DNA of 64,000 nt from Desulfuromonadaceae bacterium (GTDB lineage Bacteria; Desulfobacterota; Desulfuromonadia; Desulfuromonadales; JAAYDE01), in the NCBI GenBank assembly GCA_012512925.1, contig JAAZDE010000101.1, positions 7,326 through 71,325 on the forward strand, written 5' to 3'. The translations under genes and the position numbers were made by a program. Shown piece after piece: positions 1-7,319 of the stretch (position 1 is the stretch's first letter; every line of letters starts with the position of its first letter). A model generated the notes under the pieces. It ran no database searches. It worked only from the letters and a program-made list of their open reading frames with translations, and had not been told where the DNA came from.

Positions 1-2
1 TT

Positions 3-497
3 TCCGCTACCTTGGCCGCCCTGGGATGCAATATCGAGGATTGCAGCCAGACCATCCTGCAGACGGAGTTCGCCGCCATCTTCATCATCAGCAACCGGGA
101 GGCGAGGCCCCTGGGGGAGGTGGAGCGTTCTCTTCGGGAGGAGTTGGCGGAGAGTGGACTGACGGCACGGATCAAGCCGATGGAAGAGAATGGCGGAAAC
201 TCCACGACTGAAACCTTCCTCCCCTTTGTGGTCACCACCAAGGGACCGGACCGCCTTGGCATGATTGCTGCTCTCTCCGGAGCCATGGCGGAACTCTGCT
301 GTAACATCAATAACTTCCGGGCTATCGTCCGTTCTGGTCAGAAACGGGAGGAGATGATCACTATTTTCGAGATATCCCTTCCCGGCACCGTTGAACTGAA
401 AACCCTCAAGGAGCGTCTCGAGACGGTGGCCCGCAGCTTCGCCCTGGAGGTTTCCGTGCAGCACAGCGCCATCTTCGAAGCCACCAATAAAATCTGA
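3..497 (+). CDS. ACT-domain regulatory protein (tandem ACT, GcvR/UPF0237-like); 5' end lies outside the window
   Basis: The frame is open to the window edge, upstream of the track Met at 12. ACT-like segments are present (KGPDRLGMIAALSGAMAELCCNI). It lies directly upstream of a UPF0210/DUF711 gene, the usual partner of small ACT proteins. Confidence 0.6.
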   Translation, partial: SATLAALGCNIEDCSQTILQTEFAAIFIISNREARPLGEVERSLREELAESGLTARIKPMEENGGNSTTETFLPFVVTTKGPDRLGMIAALSGAMAELCCNINNFRAIVRSGQKREEMITIFEISLPGTVELKTLKERLETVARSFALEVSVQHSAIFEATNKI

Positions 498-546
498 GAA
501 TTTTGCCAAAAAGTCCATTTAAACAATTTGCCGGAGACACCTCGAC

Positions 547-1920
547 ATGTTCAGCGATCGTGAAGTCCTTTCCACCCTGGAAATGATCAAAAGTGAGAAT
601 CTCGATCTGCGCACCGTCACTTTGGGCGTCAGCCTCTTTGACTGCTGCTCCGATGATGCAGAGCGTTTTCAGGAGAACATCTTTCGCAAGATCGTCGGCC
701 TTGCCTCGCAACTTGTTGGAGTTTGCGACGAGGTTGGAGAAAAATACGGCGTTCCCGTCGTCAACAAAAGGATTGCCGTCAGCCCCGTTGCTACTGTCGG
801 CGCCCCCTTCTCGACGGCACAGTTGGTGGAGATCGCCAGAGTTCTCGACCGCGCCGCCAAGGAAGTTGGGGTCGATTTCGTAGGCGGCTTCACCGCCCTG
901 GTGGAAAAAGGCTTCACCCGAGGGGACAGGGCCCTGATCGAGGCGATTCCGGAGGCCCTGGCCGTCACCGAGCGGCTCTGTTCCTCGGTGAATGTCGCTT
1001 CGACCCGTGCCGGCATCAATATGGACGCCGTCTGGTTGATGGGAAAGACCATCAAGCGGACCGCTGAAATGACCGCCGCCAGAGATGGCCTCGGCTGTGC
1101 TAAATTAGTAATTTTCGCCAATATTCCCCAGGATATACCCTTCATGGCCGGAGCCTATCTCGGCATTGGTGAGCCAGATTCGGTTATCAATGTCGGTGTC
1201 AGCGGGCCCGGCGTGGTCAACCAGGCTATTCTGCGGGCACGTCGGGAAAATTCTGACATTTCTTTGGGAGAACTCTCGGAAATCATCAAGAGAACCGCCT
1301 GCCGGGTGACCCGCGTCGGCGAGTTGATGGGGCGAGAAGTCGCTCAGAGACTAAAGGCCCGTTTCGGCATCGTCGATCTTTCGTTGGCTCCCACCCCCAA
1401 TGTCGGGGACAGCGTCGGGGAAATCTTTCAGAGCCTTGGCCTGTCCCGGATCGGGGTTCCCGGCTCCACGGCCGTTCTCGCCATGGTCAACGATGCCGTC
1501 AAGAAGGGGGGAGCCTTCGCCAGCTGCAACGTCGGCGGGCTCAGCGGCGCCTTCATCCCGGTCAGCGAGGATCTGAACATCGCGGCGGCGGCGGCCGACG
1601 GCTATCTTTGCCTGGAAAAACTGGAGGCAATGACCTCGGTCTGCTCCGTCGGGCTCGACATGGTCGCCCTGCCGGGGGATACCAGTGCGGAGACCCTGGC
1701 CGGGATCATCGCCGACGAGATGGCCATCGGAATGATCAACAAAAAGACTACCGCCGCCCGTCTCATCCCCGTTCCCGGCAAGAAAGCCGGAGAAAAGGCC
1801 GTTTTCGGCGGGCTGCTGGGGGAAGCGGTGATCATGCCGGTGCGCTGCAACGAGGCCTGCCACGACTTCATCAAACGGGGAGGGCTGATTCCGGCGCCGA
1901 TCCAGAGCATGACGAACTGA
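547..1920 (+). CDS. UPF0210/DUF711 family protein (annotated in databases as PFL family protein)
   Basis: 457-aa ORF. The N-terminus MFSDREVLSTLEMIKSENLDLRTVTLGVSLFDC and the overall length fit UPF0210 as I recall it. A hairpin plus T-run follows the stop. Confidence 0.8.
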   Translation: MFSDREVLSTLEMIKSENLDLRTVTLGVSLFDCCSDDAERFQENIFRKIVGLASQLVGVCDEVGEKYGVPVVNKRIAVSPVATVGAPFSTAQLVEIARVLDRAAKEVGVDFVGGFTALVEKGFTRGDRALIEAIPEALAVTERLCSSVNVASTRAGINMDAVWLMGKTIKRTAEMTAARDGLGCAKLVIFANIPQDIPFMAGAYLGIGEPDSVINVGVSGPGVVNQAILRARRENSDISLGELSEIIKRTACRVTRVGELMGREVAQRLKARFGIVDLSLAPTPNVGDSVGEIFQSLGLSRIGVPGSTAVLAMVNDAVKKGGAFASCNVGGLSGAFIPVSEDLNIAAAAADGYLCLEKLEAMTSVCSVGLDMVALPGDTSAETLAGIIADEMAIGMINKKTTAARLIPVPGKKAGEKAVFGGLLGEAVIMPVRCNEACHDFIKRGGLIPAPIQSMTN

Positions 1921-1946
1921 TTGCCGACTGTTTTTTTCAGTAAAGT

Positions 1947-1975
1947 GCCGGACCCGGTCTCCGGCCTTTTTCATT
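1947..1975 (+). terminator. Rho-independent terminator after the UPF0210 gene
   Basis: GCCGGA-cccggtc-TCCGGC hairpin followed by CTTTTTCATTTT. Confidence 0.6.
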
Positions 1976-2177
1976 TTGGGGATTTTTCTGTAACCTTAAT
2001 CCCATATTGTCCATTATCTCCGCAGAAGCGGTATGAAGCGGATAAGTGATGCTTTTCCGCCCTCCATTGGCTATTCTTGCTAACGAAAGGGCACCAACCT
2101 TGAATTTGAGTGCGGCGTTGGATCTGAATACAGGCCTCGGACGCCTAACCTTTTCCGCAGCGGAACTCGGAGGCTCA

Positions 2178-2789
2178 GTGGCTGAACAGGACGTGGCCGA
2201 ATCGAACGCTTTCCAGGGTGCTATTACCAGCGCCGATGATTTGCAGGCGATTCAGCATTGTCAGAATGGCGACCGCGAGGCGTTTCGGCACCTGGTGCAC
2301 AAATACCAGCACCAGGTTGCGGCCATCATGTGGAAATTCTCCAGGGATCCGGTCATCCATGAGGAGATGATTCAGGATGTTTTTGTGGAGGCTTTCACCA
2401 GCCTCCCTAATTATCGCCCGCAGGCGCCGTTTTTTCATTGGCTGTCCCGCATCGCGGTGCGGGTCGGCTACCGTTTGTGGCGGGAACAGAAGCAGGAGCG
2501 GAAATATCCCCAGGTGTCCCTGGAGGACTGGGATCATATTGCCGAGGGAGCGGATGACAGCGACCGTCTCGCCTCGCGGGAGGCGGCCGATATTCTTCAT
2601 CGCTTGCTTGGCCAACTCCCTCCCAGGGACCGGCTGGTGTTGACCCTTCGTTTTGTCGAGGAGCGTTCGGTCAAGGAGACGGCGGATCTCACCGGCTGGA
2701 GCCAGACATTGGTCAAGGTCCAGACTCTGAGGGCGAGAAGTAAACTCAGAAAACTTTTTGACAAAGCCCAACTCAAGGGAGAGTTATGA
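2178..2789 (+). CDS. ECF-type RNA polymerase sigma-70 factor
   Basis: Region 2 (DVFVEAFTSLPNYRPQAPFFHWLSRIAVRV) and a region 4 HTH (SVKETADLTGWSQTLVKVQTLRARSKLR) are present. The track ORF starts at 2046, but GTG 2178 preceded by GGAGG gives a typical ~200-aa ECF sigma. The start is uncertain. Confidence 0.8.
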   Translation: MAEQDVAESNAFQGAITSADDLQAIQHCQNGDREAFRHLVHKYQHQVAAIMWKFSRDPVIHEEMIQDVFVEAFTSLPNYRPQAPFFHWLSRIAVRVGYRLWREQKQERKYPQVSLEDWDHIAEGADDSDRLASREAADILHRLLGQLPPRDRLVLTLRFVEERSVKETADLTGWSQTLVKVQTLRARSKLRKLFDKAQLKGEL

Positions 2790-3043
2790 ATGAATTGAGG
2801 ATTCTGCAGAACCTGCGCGACAGGGCCCGCAACGATGAGGCCCCGCCGGTCGACGTAACGGCCAGGGTCATGGCCCGGGTGCGCGCCCAGGAGGTGAACG
2901 GCAGGGAGCTTTCAATTCTGCGTCCCCTGGAATGGCTGACCGCCTTCTCTTCGGCGGCGGCGGTCGCGGCGGGGTTTCTGATGGTCATCGGTTTTCAGGA
3001 ATGGGCCGACCCCCTGATCGTCTTTTTTCTCGATATCCAGTAG
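2786..3043 (+). CDS. Putative membrane-anchored anti-sigma factor
   Basis: The ATG overlaps the sigma stop (ATGA). It is 85 aa with one C-terminal hydrophobic helix (AFSSAAAVAAGFLMVIGF). The call rests on position and architecture only. Confidence 0.45.
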   Translation: MNELRILQNLRDRARNDEAPPVDVTARVMARVRAQEVNGRELSILRPLEWLTAFSSAAAVAAGFLMVIGFQEWADPLIVFFLDIQ

Positions 3044-3051
3044 GAGGCGTC

Positions 3052-3525
3052 GTGAACAATCACCCCGTATCTCCATCCAATCTTGAAAATCCCCTGTCAA
3101 AAAAGCCAAGGGGGAGTCTGCGGCTCAAGGTCATCTTTTTGGGTCTGGCCATTCTTCTTTGCGGCGTGATGATCGGAGCGGGGGGGATGCTTTTCTGGGG
3201 GCGCGAGTTGATTCTGAAACGCCTTCAACACGTCCGTCCCCGGCCGGAAATGATCTGTGAACGTCTGGGAAAGACCCTGAATCTAAACCCTGACCAGAAA
3301 ACCGAAGTGGCGAGGATTCTCAACGACTACTTTCCCCGCATCCGGGCCATCCGGCAAAGCAAGGATCAACTCACCCACGAGGAGTTTCGCGCCATGCACC
3401 GGGAGATCTTCGCTATCCTGGATCCCCGCCAGGCCGAGTTGTACGAACAGGAACTCGGCAAGATGCTCCCCCGGCACTGGCATCGCCGAGGTTTTCACCG
3501 CGGGGGGGCGCCACCTGATCGGTGA
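3052..3525 (+). CDS. Periplasmic CpxP/Spy/ZraP-like (LTXXQ-type) stress protein
   Basis: GTG 3052 lies just downstream of AGGAGG (3043-3048). An N-terminal anchor (LKVIFLGLAILLCGVMIGAGG) is followed by helical L-x-x-x-Q repeats (LNLNPDQK, ILDPRQAEL). The track ORF from 2932 is an upstream extension. Confidence 0.5.
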   Translation: MNNHPVSPSNLENPLSKKPRGSLRLKVIFLGLAILLCGVMIGAGGMLFWGRELILKRLQHVRPRPEMICERLGKTLNLNPDQKTEVARILNDYFPRIRAIRQSKDQLTHEEFRAMHREIFAILDPRQAELYEQELGKMLPRHWHRRGFHRGGAPPDR

Positions 3526-3613
3526 TTGGGAAAAATAAGGTCTTGCTAAAAATGACTATTTTGGTTATCTTTAAAGAAGAGAAGAGACTCGGCAAGAGAA
3601 TCTTCTTACTTTG

Positions 3614-3648
3614 CGCGTCGGTTGCCCTCCTGCCGGCGCGTTTTTTTT
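3614..3648 (+). terminator. Rho-independent terminator after the Spy-like gene
   Basis: CGCGTCGG...CCGGCGCG stem (one G-U pair) followed by T8. It lies in the gap between convergent genes. Confidence 0.6.
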
Positions 3649-3664
3649 GCCGGAATCCTCTCGT

Positions 3665-4624
3665 TCATGTTTTTTTTCCGGAAGTTCGCAGGTAGTGGAG
3701 GGAATCGGCCTCGAAGGGTCGCGGGTCGATCCCAAAAACCTTTTTCCATTCCTGTTCCGGACACTCATTTCCCTCCAGCAACAGTTCCAACTGCGTTCGG
3801 GTGAGCGGAAAAAGGGGGAGGTTTTCCCCCAGGCTGGCCAGCGGCCTGGCGATACTTTCCGGAATGAAGATCTTGCCGGGCGTTCTGCGCCCCAAAGATT
3901 CCGCTATGGTGTCGAGAATCCGTGTGTAGGTCAAAGCCGCCGGACCGCAGAGATGAAACTTCCTGCCGATGCTTTGCCGGGCTGAGAGAGCGGCCACGAA
4001 AGCGGCGGCCACGTCCGCCACTGCCACCGGCGCCAGACGGTAGGCGCCGTCCCCGAACACCGGCATCACCGGGGAGAAGCGCAGAACCCGGGCCAGGAGG
4101 TTGACGAAGCCGTCCCCTGGGCCGAAAATGACGGAAGGGCGGAAGATGGTCCACTCCAGGCCGCTTTCGGCGACGGAGCACTCCGCCCGCCATTTGGTCG
4201 CCAGATAGGGATTTTGCGTTTTTTCCCGGCAGCCGTTGGCGCTCATCTGGAGGAAACGCCTGACTCCCTGGTTTTGCGCCGCTCGAACCATGTTCAGGGT
4301 GGCCTGGAAATGCAGCTTTTCAAAGGTCACACCGCGGGAAGGGATTTCGCGGATGATGCCGATCAGATGGATTAACGCCTCACAGTCCGCCAGAGCCCCT
4401 TGCAAAGATTGCTCTTCTCTTGCATCCCCTTCATGAATTTCCAGGTCGATTCCACGCGGCAGCTTTCCTGCCGAACCGGGACGGATCAGACAGCGGACGA
4501 TATATCCCGCGCCAACCAGACGGCGCACCACCTCGCGGCCGACGAATCCCGTCGCGCCGGTGAGGAAAACCCTGTGCACCGCACCTGTTCCGTCCTTCAT
4601 CTCAATCGGCGTCATTTCGTTCAT
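3665..4624 (-). CDS. NAD(P)-binding SDR, NDUFA9/NmrA-like epimerase-dehydratase family
   Basis: Rossmann motif GATGFVGREVVRRL near the N-terminus and YxxxK (YLATK). ATG 4624 overlaps the rtcB stop (ATGA). The track ORF extending to 5068 is an Arg/Pro-rich artefact running inside rtcB. Confidence 0.75.
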   Translation of the reverse strand: MNEMTPIEMKDGTGAVHRVFLTGATGFVGREVVRRLVGAGYIVRCLIRPGSAGKLPRGIDLEIHEGDAREEQSLQGALADCEALIHLIGIIREIPSRGVTFEKLHFQATLNMVRAAQNQGVRRFLQMSANGCREKTQNPYLATKWRAECSVAESGLEWTIFRPSVIFGPGDGFVNLLARVLRFSPVMPVFGDGAYRLAPVAVADVAAAFVAALSARQSIGRKFHLCGPAALTYTRILDTIAESLGRRTPGKIFIPESIARPLASLGENLPLFPLTRTQLELLLEGNECPEQEWKKVFGIDPRPFEADSLHYLRTSGKKT

Positions 4625-6069
4625 CCTTTGATGACGATCAGCGGCTGCAAGCGAGCGACAATCTTTCCGATGCCGGCTTCCTGGACCACTCCCACCACCT
4701 CCGCCACATCCTTGTAGGCGGCCGAGATCTCCTCGGCCAGGGTGGCGTAGCCGGCGGCGCGGACGATGATCCCCTGCTTGGCCAGTTCGGCGGCGATGCG
4801 GTGGCCGCGGGCCTCTTTCTTGGCGGCGTGGCGGGACATGACCCGTCCGGCGCCATGGCAGGTGGAGCCGAAGGTTTCCTTGTAAGCCTCCTGGGTGCCC
4901 ACCAGAACATAGGAATAGCGCCCCATGTCTCCCGGGATCAGTACCGGCTGCCCCACGGCGCGATAGACGGCGGGGATGTCGGGGTGCCCCGGCGGGAAAG
5001 CGCGGGTGGCCCCCTTGCGGTGAACACAGAGACGGCGCTCCCGGCCGTCGAAGGGATGGGTCTCCCACTTGGCGATGTTGTGGCAGACATCGTAGACCAC
5101 CGAAAGCCCCAGGTCAGCGGGCCCTTTTTCCACAACCCGCTCGAAGGATTCCCGCACCCAGGCGGTGATCAACTGGCGGTTGGCGAAGGCAAAATTGGCC
5201 GCGCAGGCCATGGCCGCCAGATATTCCTTCCCTTCGGGACTGGACAGGGGGGCGCAGCAGAGCTGACGGTCGGGAAGTTCGATGCCGTATTTCTGGCTGG
5301 CGCGGTGCATGACTCGAAGGAAATCGTCACAGACCTGGTGCCCCAGGCCGCGGCTGCCGGTGTGGATGGTAACCGTGACCTGGTCGCGGAACAGGCCCAA
5401 GGCGGTGGCAGCGGTTTCATCGTAAATTTCGGCCACCAGATCGACCTCGATGAAGTGGTTGCCGCTGCCGAGGGTGCCGAGTTGGCTCCGGCCCCGTTCC
5501 AGGGCTTTCTCCGAAAGCAGTTCGGGGCGTCCCTCCGGCAGGCACCCCTGTTCCTCGATCCGGTCAAGATCCTCGAGTGTGCCGAAGCCCTGGTTCACCG
5601 CCCAACGGGCGCCCTGGCTCAGCACGCGGTTTTCGTCCTGGCGGGAGAGTTTCAAGTCACGGCGCTGTGAGCCGACGCCGCAGGGGATGTTGCGGAACAG
5701 GGTGTCAGCCAGTCGCTCTCGCAGACCGTTCAACTCGCCGACAGAGAGTCTGGAACGGAGCAGCCGCACCCCGCAGTTAATGTCATAGCCGACGCCGCCG
5801 GGGGAAACCACCCCCTCTGCCGGATCGAAGGCGGCCACACCTCCGATGGGGAAGCCGTAGCCCCAGTGGATGTCGGGCATGCCGATGGAAGGGCCGACGA
5901 TCCCCGGCAGGGTCGCCACGTTGCAGACCTGTTCCAGTGCCTGCTCCTGTTCCAGCGCCCTGAGCATTTTTTCCGTGGCGAATACCAACCCTTCGGTCCT
6001 CATTTTGCCGAAAGGAGGAATCCGCCACCGGCAGGCGTCGATTCTGTCGATCCTGATTTTCAACGGCAT
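4621..6069 (-). CDS. rtcB: RNA 3'-phosphate/2',3'-cyclic-phosphate ligase RtcB
   Basis: 482 aa. Contains GMPDIHWGYGFPIGGVAAFD, GSGNHF and GSRGLGHQV, the hallmark metal- and GMP-binding His motifs. Confidence 0.95.
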   Translation of the reverse strand: MPLKIRIDRIDACRWRIPPFGKMRTEGLVFATEKMLRALEQEQALEQVCNVATLPGIVGPSIGMPDIHWGYGFPIGGVAAFDPAEGVVSPGGVGYDINCGVRLLRSRLSVGELNGLRERLADTLFRNIPCGVGSQRRDLKLSRQDENRVLSQGARWAVNQGFGTLEDLDRIEEQGCLPEGRPELLSEKALERGRSQLGTLGSGNHFIEVDLVAEIYDETAATALGLFRDQVTVTIHTGSRGLGHQVCDDFLRVMHRASQKYGIELPDRQLCCAPLSSPEGKEYLAAMACAANFAFANRQLITAWVRESFERVVEKGPADLGLSVVYDVCHNIAKWETHPFDGRERRLCVHRKGATRAFPPGHPDIPAVYRAVGQPVLIPGDMGRYSYVLVGTQEAYKETFGSTCHGAGRVMSRHAAKKEARGHRIAAELAKQGIIVRAAGYATLAEEISAAYKDVAEVVGVVQEAGIGKIVARLQPLIVIKG

Positions 6070-6111
6070 TCCTTTGCGGTCAACTTGATCCGCGGTTTTC
6101 CTGCAACCCTG

Positions 6112-6564
6112 CTATAGATCCACGTAGAGACGGGCACGCCAGCCCCGATTCTTTTTTTCCACAGTCAAAAGGTGATAGGTCACTGCCTTGACCTCGCGCA
6201 ATACCCGAAATCTTCCCTCGGCAAAGGTGGTGCCGCCGACCAAGGCTGTCAGCTCCTCTCTGCCGATCCGTTTTATGCCAAAAGTAAGGGGGACGAAGCG
6301 GCGGGTTTCAAAGAGGAAAAGGAGTTCGTTCAGCCAGGTGACAAGCAGTTCCTCCACATCCTCCCCCGCCAAGGTGATCCGTTCCTCCCGGTCGGGGCTT
6401 CCGGCCGGGATCTCTCCCAAAATCATCTTCCGCAGGCCTTCGGCGGCATGGAGGAAAAGATCTTCCAGGGTCGCCCCCGTCACCTCAAGCCCCATATCGG
6501 CGGTATGTTCCAGGAAGCGGAAATTAACCAAGGAACCTCTCGCGCTCCGTTTTTGGCCTGCCAT
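6112..6564 (-). CDS. Archease (RtcB activator)
   Basis: 150 aa. FRFLEHTADMGLEV N-terminal motif, and C-terminal KAVTYH...ARLYVDL typical of archease. Confidence 0.9.
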   Translation of the reverse strand: MAGQKRSARGSLVNFRFLEHTADMGLEVTGATLEDLFLHAAEGLRKMILGEIPAGSPDREERITLAGEDVEELLVTWLNELLFLFETRRFVPLTFGIKRIGREELTALVGGTTFAEGRFRVLREVKAVTYHLLTVEKKNRGWRARLYVDL

Positions 6565-6567
6565 CCG

Positions 6568-7104
6568 CTACTCTTCCCGCTCCCAGAACACCCGGCAGCG
6601 GGCATGATCCTGATCCCAGGAAACCTGCAGTTCTCCCTGCTGGGCCTTGTGAACCGCCCTGCCGAAATGTTCCGCCAGCTTCTGTTCGGTGGTCCTGATG
6701 ACCAGGTCGTCCCCCTCCCGCTCCATGGAGATGATGCGCTGCAGAGGGTTTTTGCCCCTGGCTTTGGCCTCCTCGTGGCGGATCAGGTTGCGTATTTGTT
6801 CCTCATGTTTCCACAGGAAAGTACCCCGCAGGGTCACGATCCCTTCCGCGTAATCCCCGGCAATCTTGCGGCAGGCCGGACAGAGGACACTGGCGAGCCC
6901 CTCATCCTTTTTCCTCTTATCCGCAACCTCCTTGTCGATTCGCCAGCGTTTGTTTTCGTAAATGGCATGGCAATCGGGGCAGACCGCCGTTTCCGGCATG
7001 CCCTCTTTAGGGATAAACGGATCCTCGCTCCGCTCCACTCGTCCCTGTTTGTCGCCGATACCGAATTTGTGAACGCTCTGTCCCGGAATGAAATCCCGTT
7101 TCAT
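6568..7104 (-). CDS. Zinc-ribbon protein, bacterial NMD3-like (BCAM0308-type) family
   Basis: Two CxxC pairs (CPDCHAIYENKRW ... CPACRKIAGDY). The start at MKRDFIPG is preceded by GAAGGGAG, and the track start 7215 is an extension. The stop lies 3 nt before the archease ATG. The family name is from memory. Confidence 0.6.
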   Translation of the reverse strand: MKRDFIPGQSVHKFGIGDKQGRVERSEDPFIPKEGMPETAVCPDCHAIYENKRWRIDKEVADKRKKDEGLASVLCPACRKIAGDYAEGIVTLRGTFLWKHEEQIRNLIRHEEAKARGKNPLQRIISMEREGDDLVIRTTEQKLAEHFGRAVHKAQQGELQVSWDQDHARCRVFWEREE

Positions 7105-7127
7105 AGGCTTTCTCCCTTCGTTAGCCG

Positions 7128-7143
7128 GCAATTCCAAGTGCCA
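7128..7143 (-). promoter_or_regulatory. Sigma-54-like -24/-12 element upstream of the Zn-ribbon/archease/rtcB operon
   Basis: The minus strand reads cTTGGCACttggaaTTGCCg. The TGGCAC and TTGC boxes are present, but the spacer is one nt longer than the canonical TGGCAC-N5-TTGC. The element sits ~24 nt upstream of ATG 7104. Confidence 0.3.
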
Positions 7144-7319
7144 AGGCTCTATGGAAATTATAGCATTTTCCAATTCATTGTCGCCGCCGTCAAAGGATGA
7201 ACGGGTTGCGGACAAGGCCCCAGAAAGGCTAATAGGCTGGACTTTGATTCATTGTTTACGGTATGTTCTGGGAGATTCCCCCCACCGCAATAAATGATCA
7301 TTGGAGGAGGTTAAGCAGA

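Noticed and set aside
3665-5068. 467-aa track ORF suggesting a much longer SDR protein.
   Set aside because: The first ~148 residues are an Arg/Pro/Gly-rich read-through inside rtcB in another frame. The SDR Rossmann motif begins right after the internal Met at 4624, which forms an ATGA overlap with the rtcB stop.
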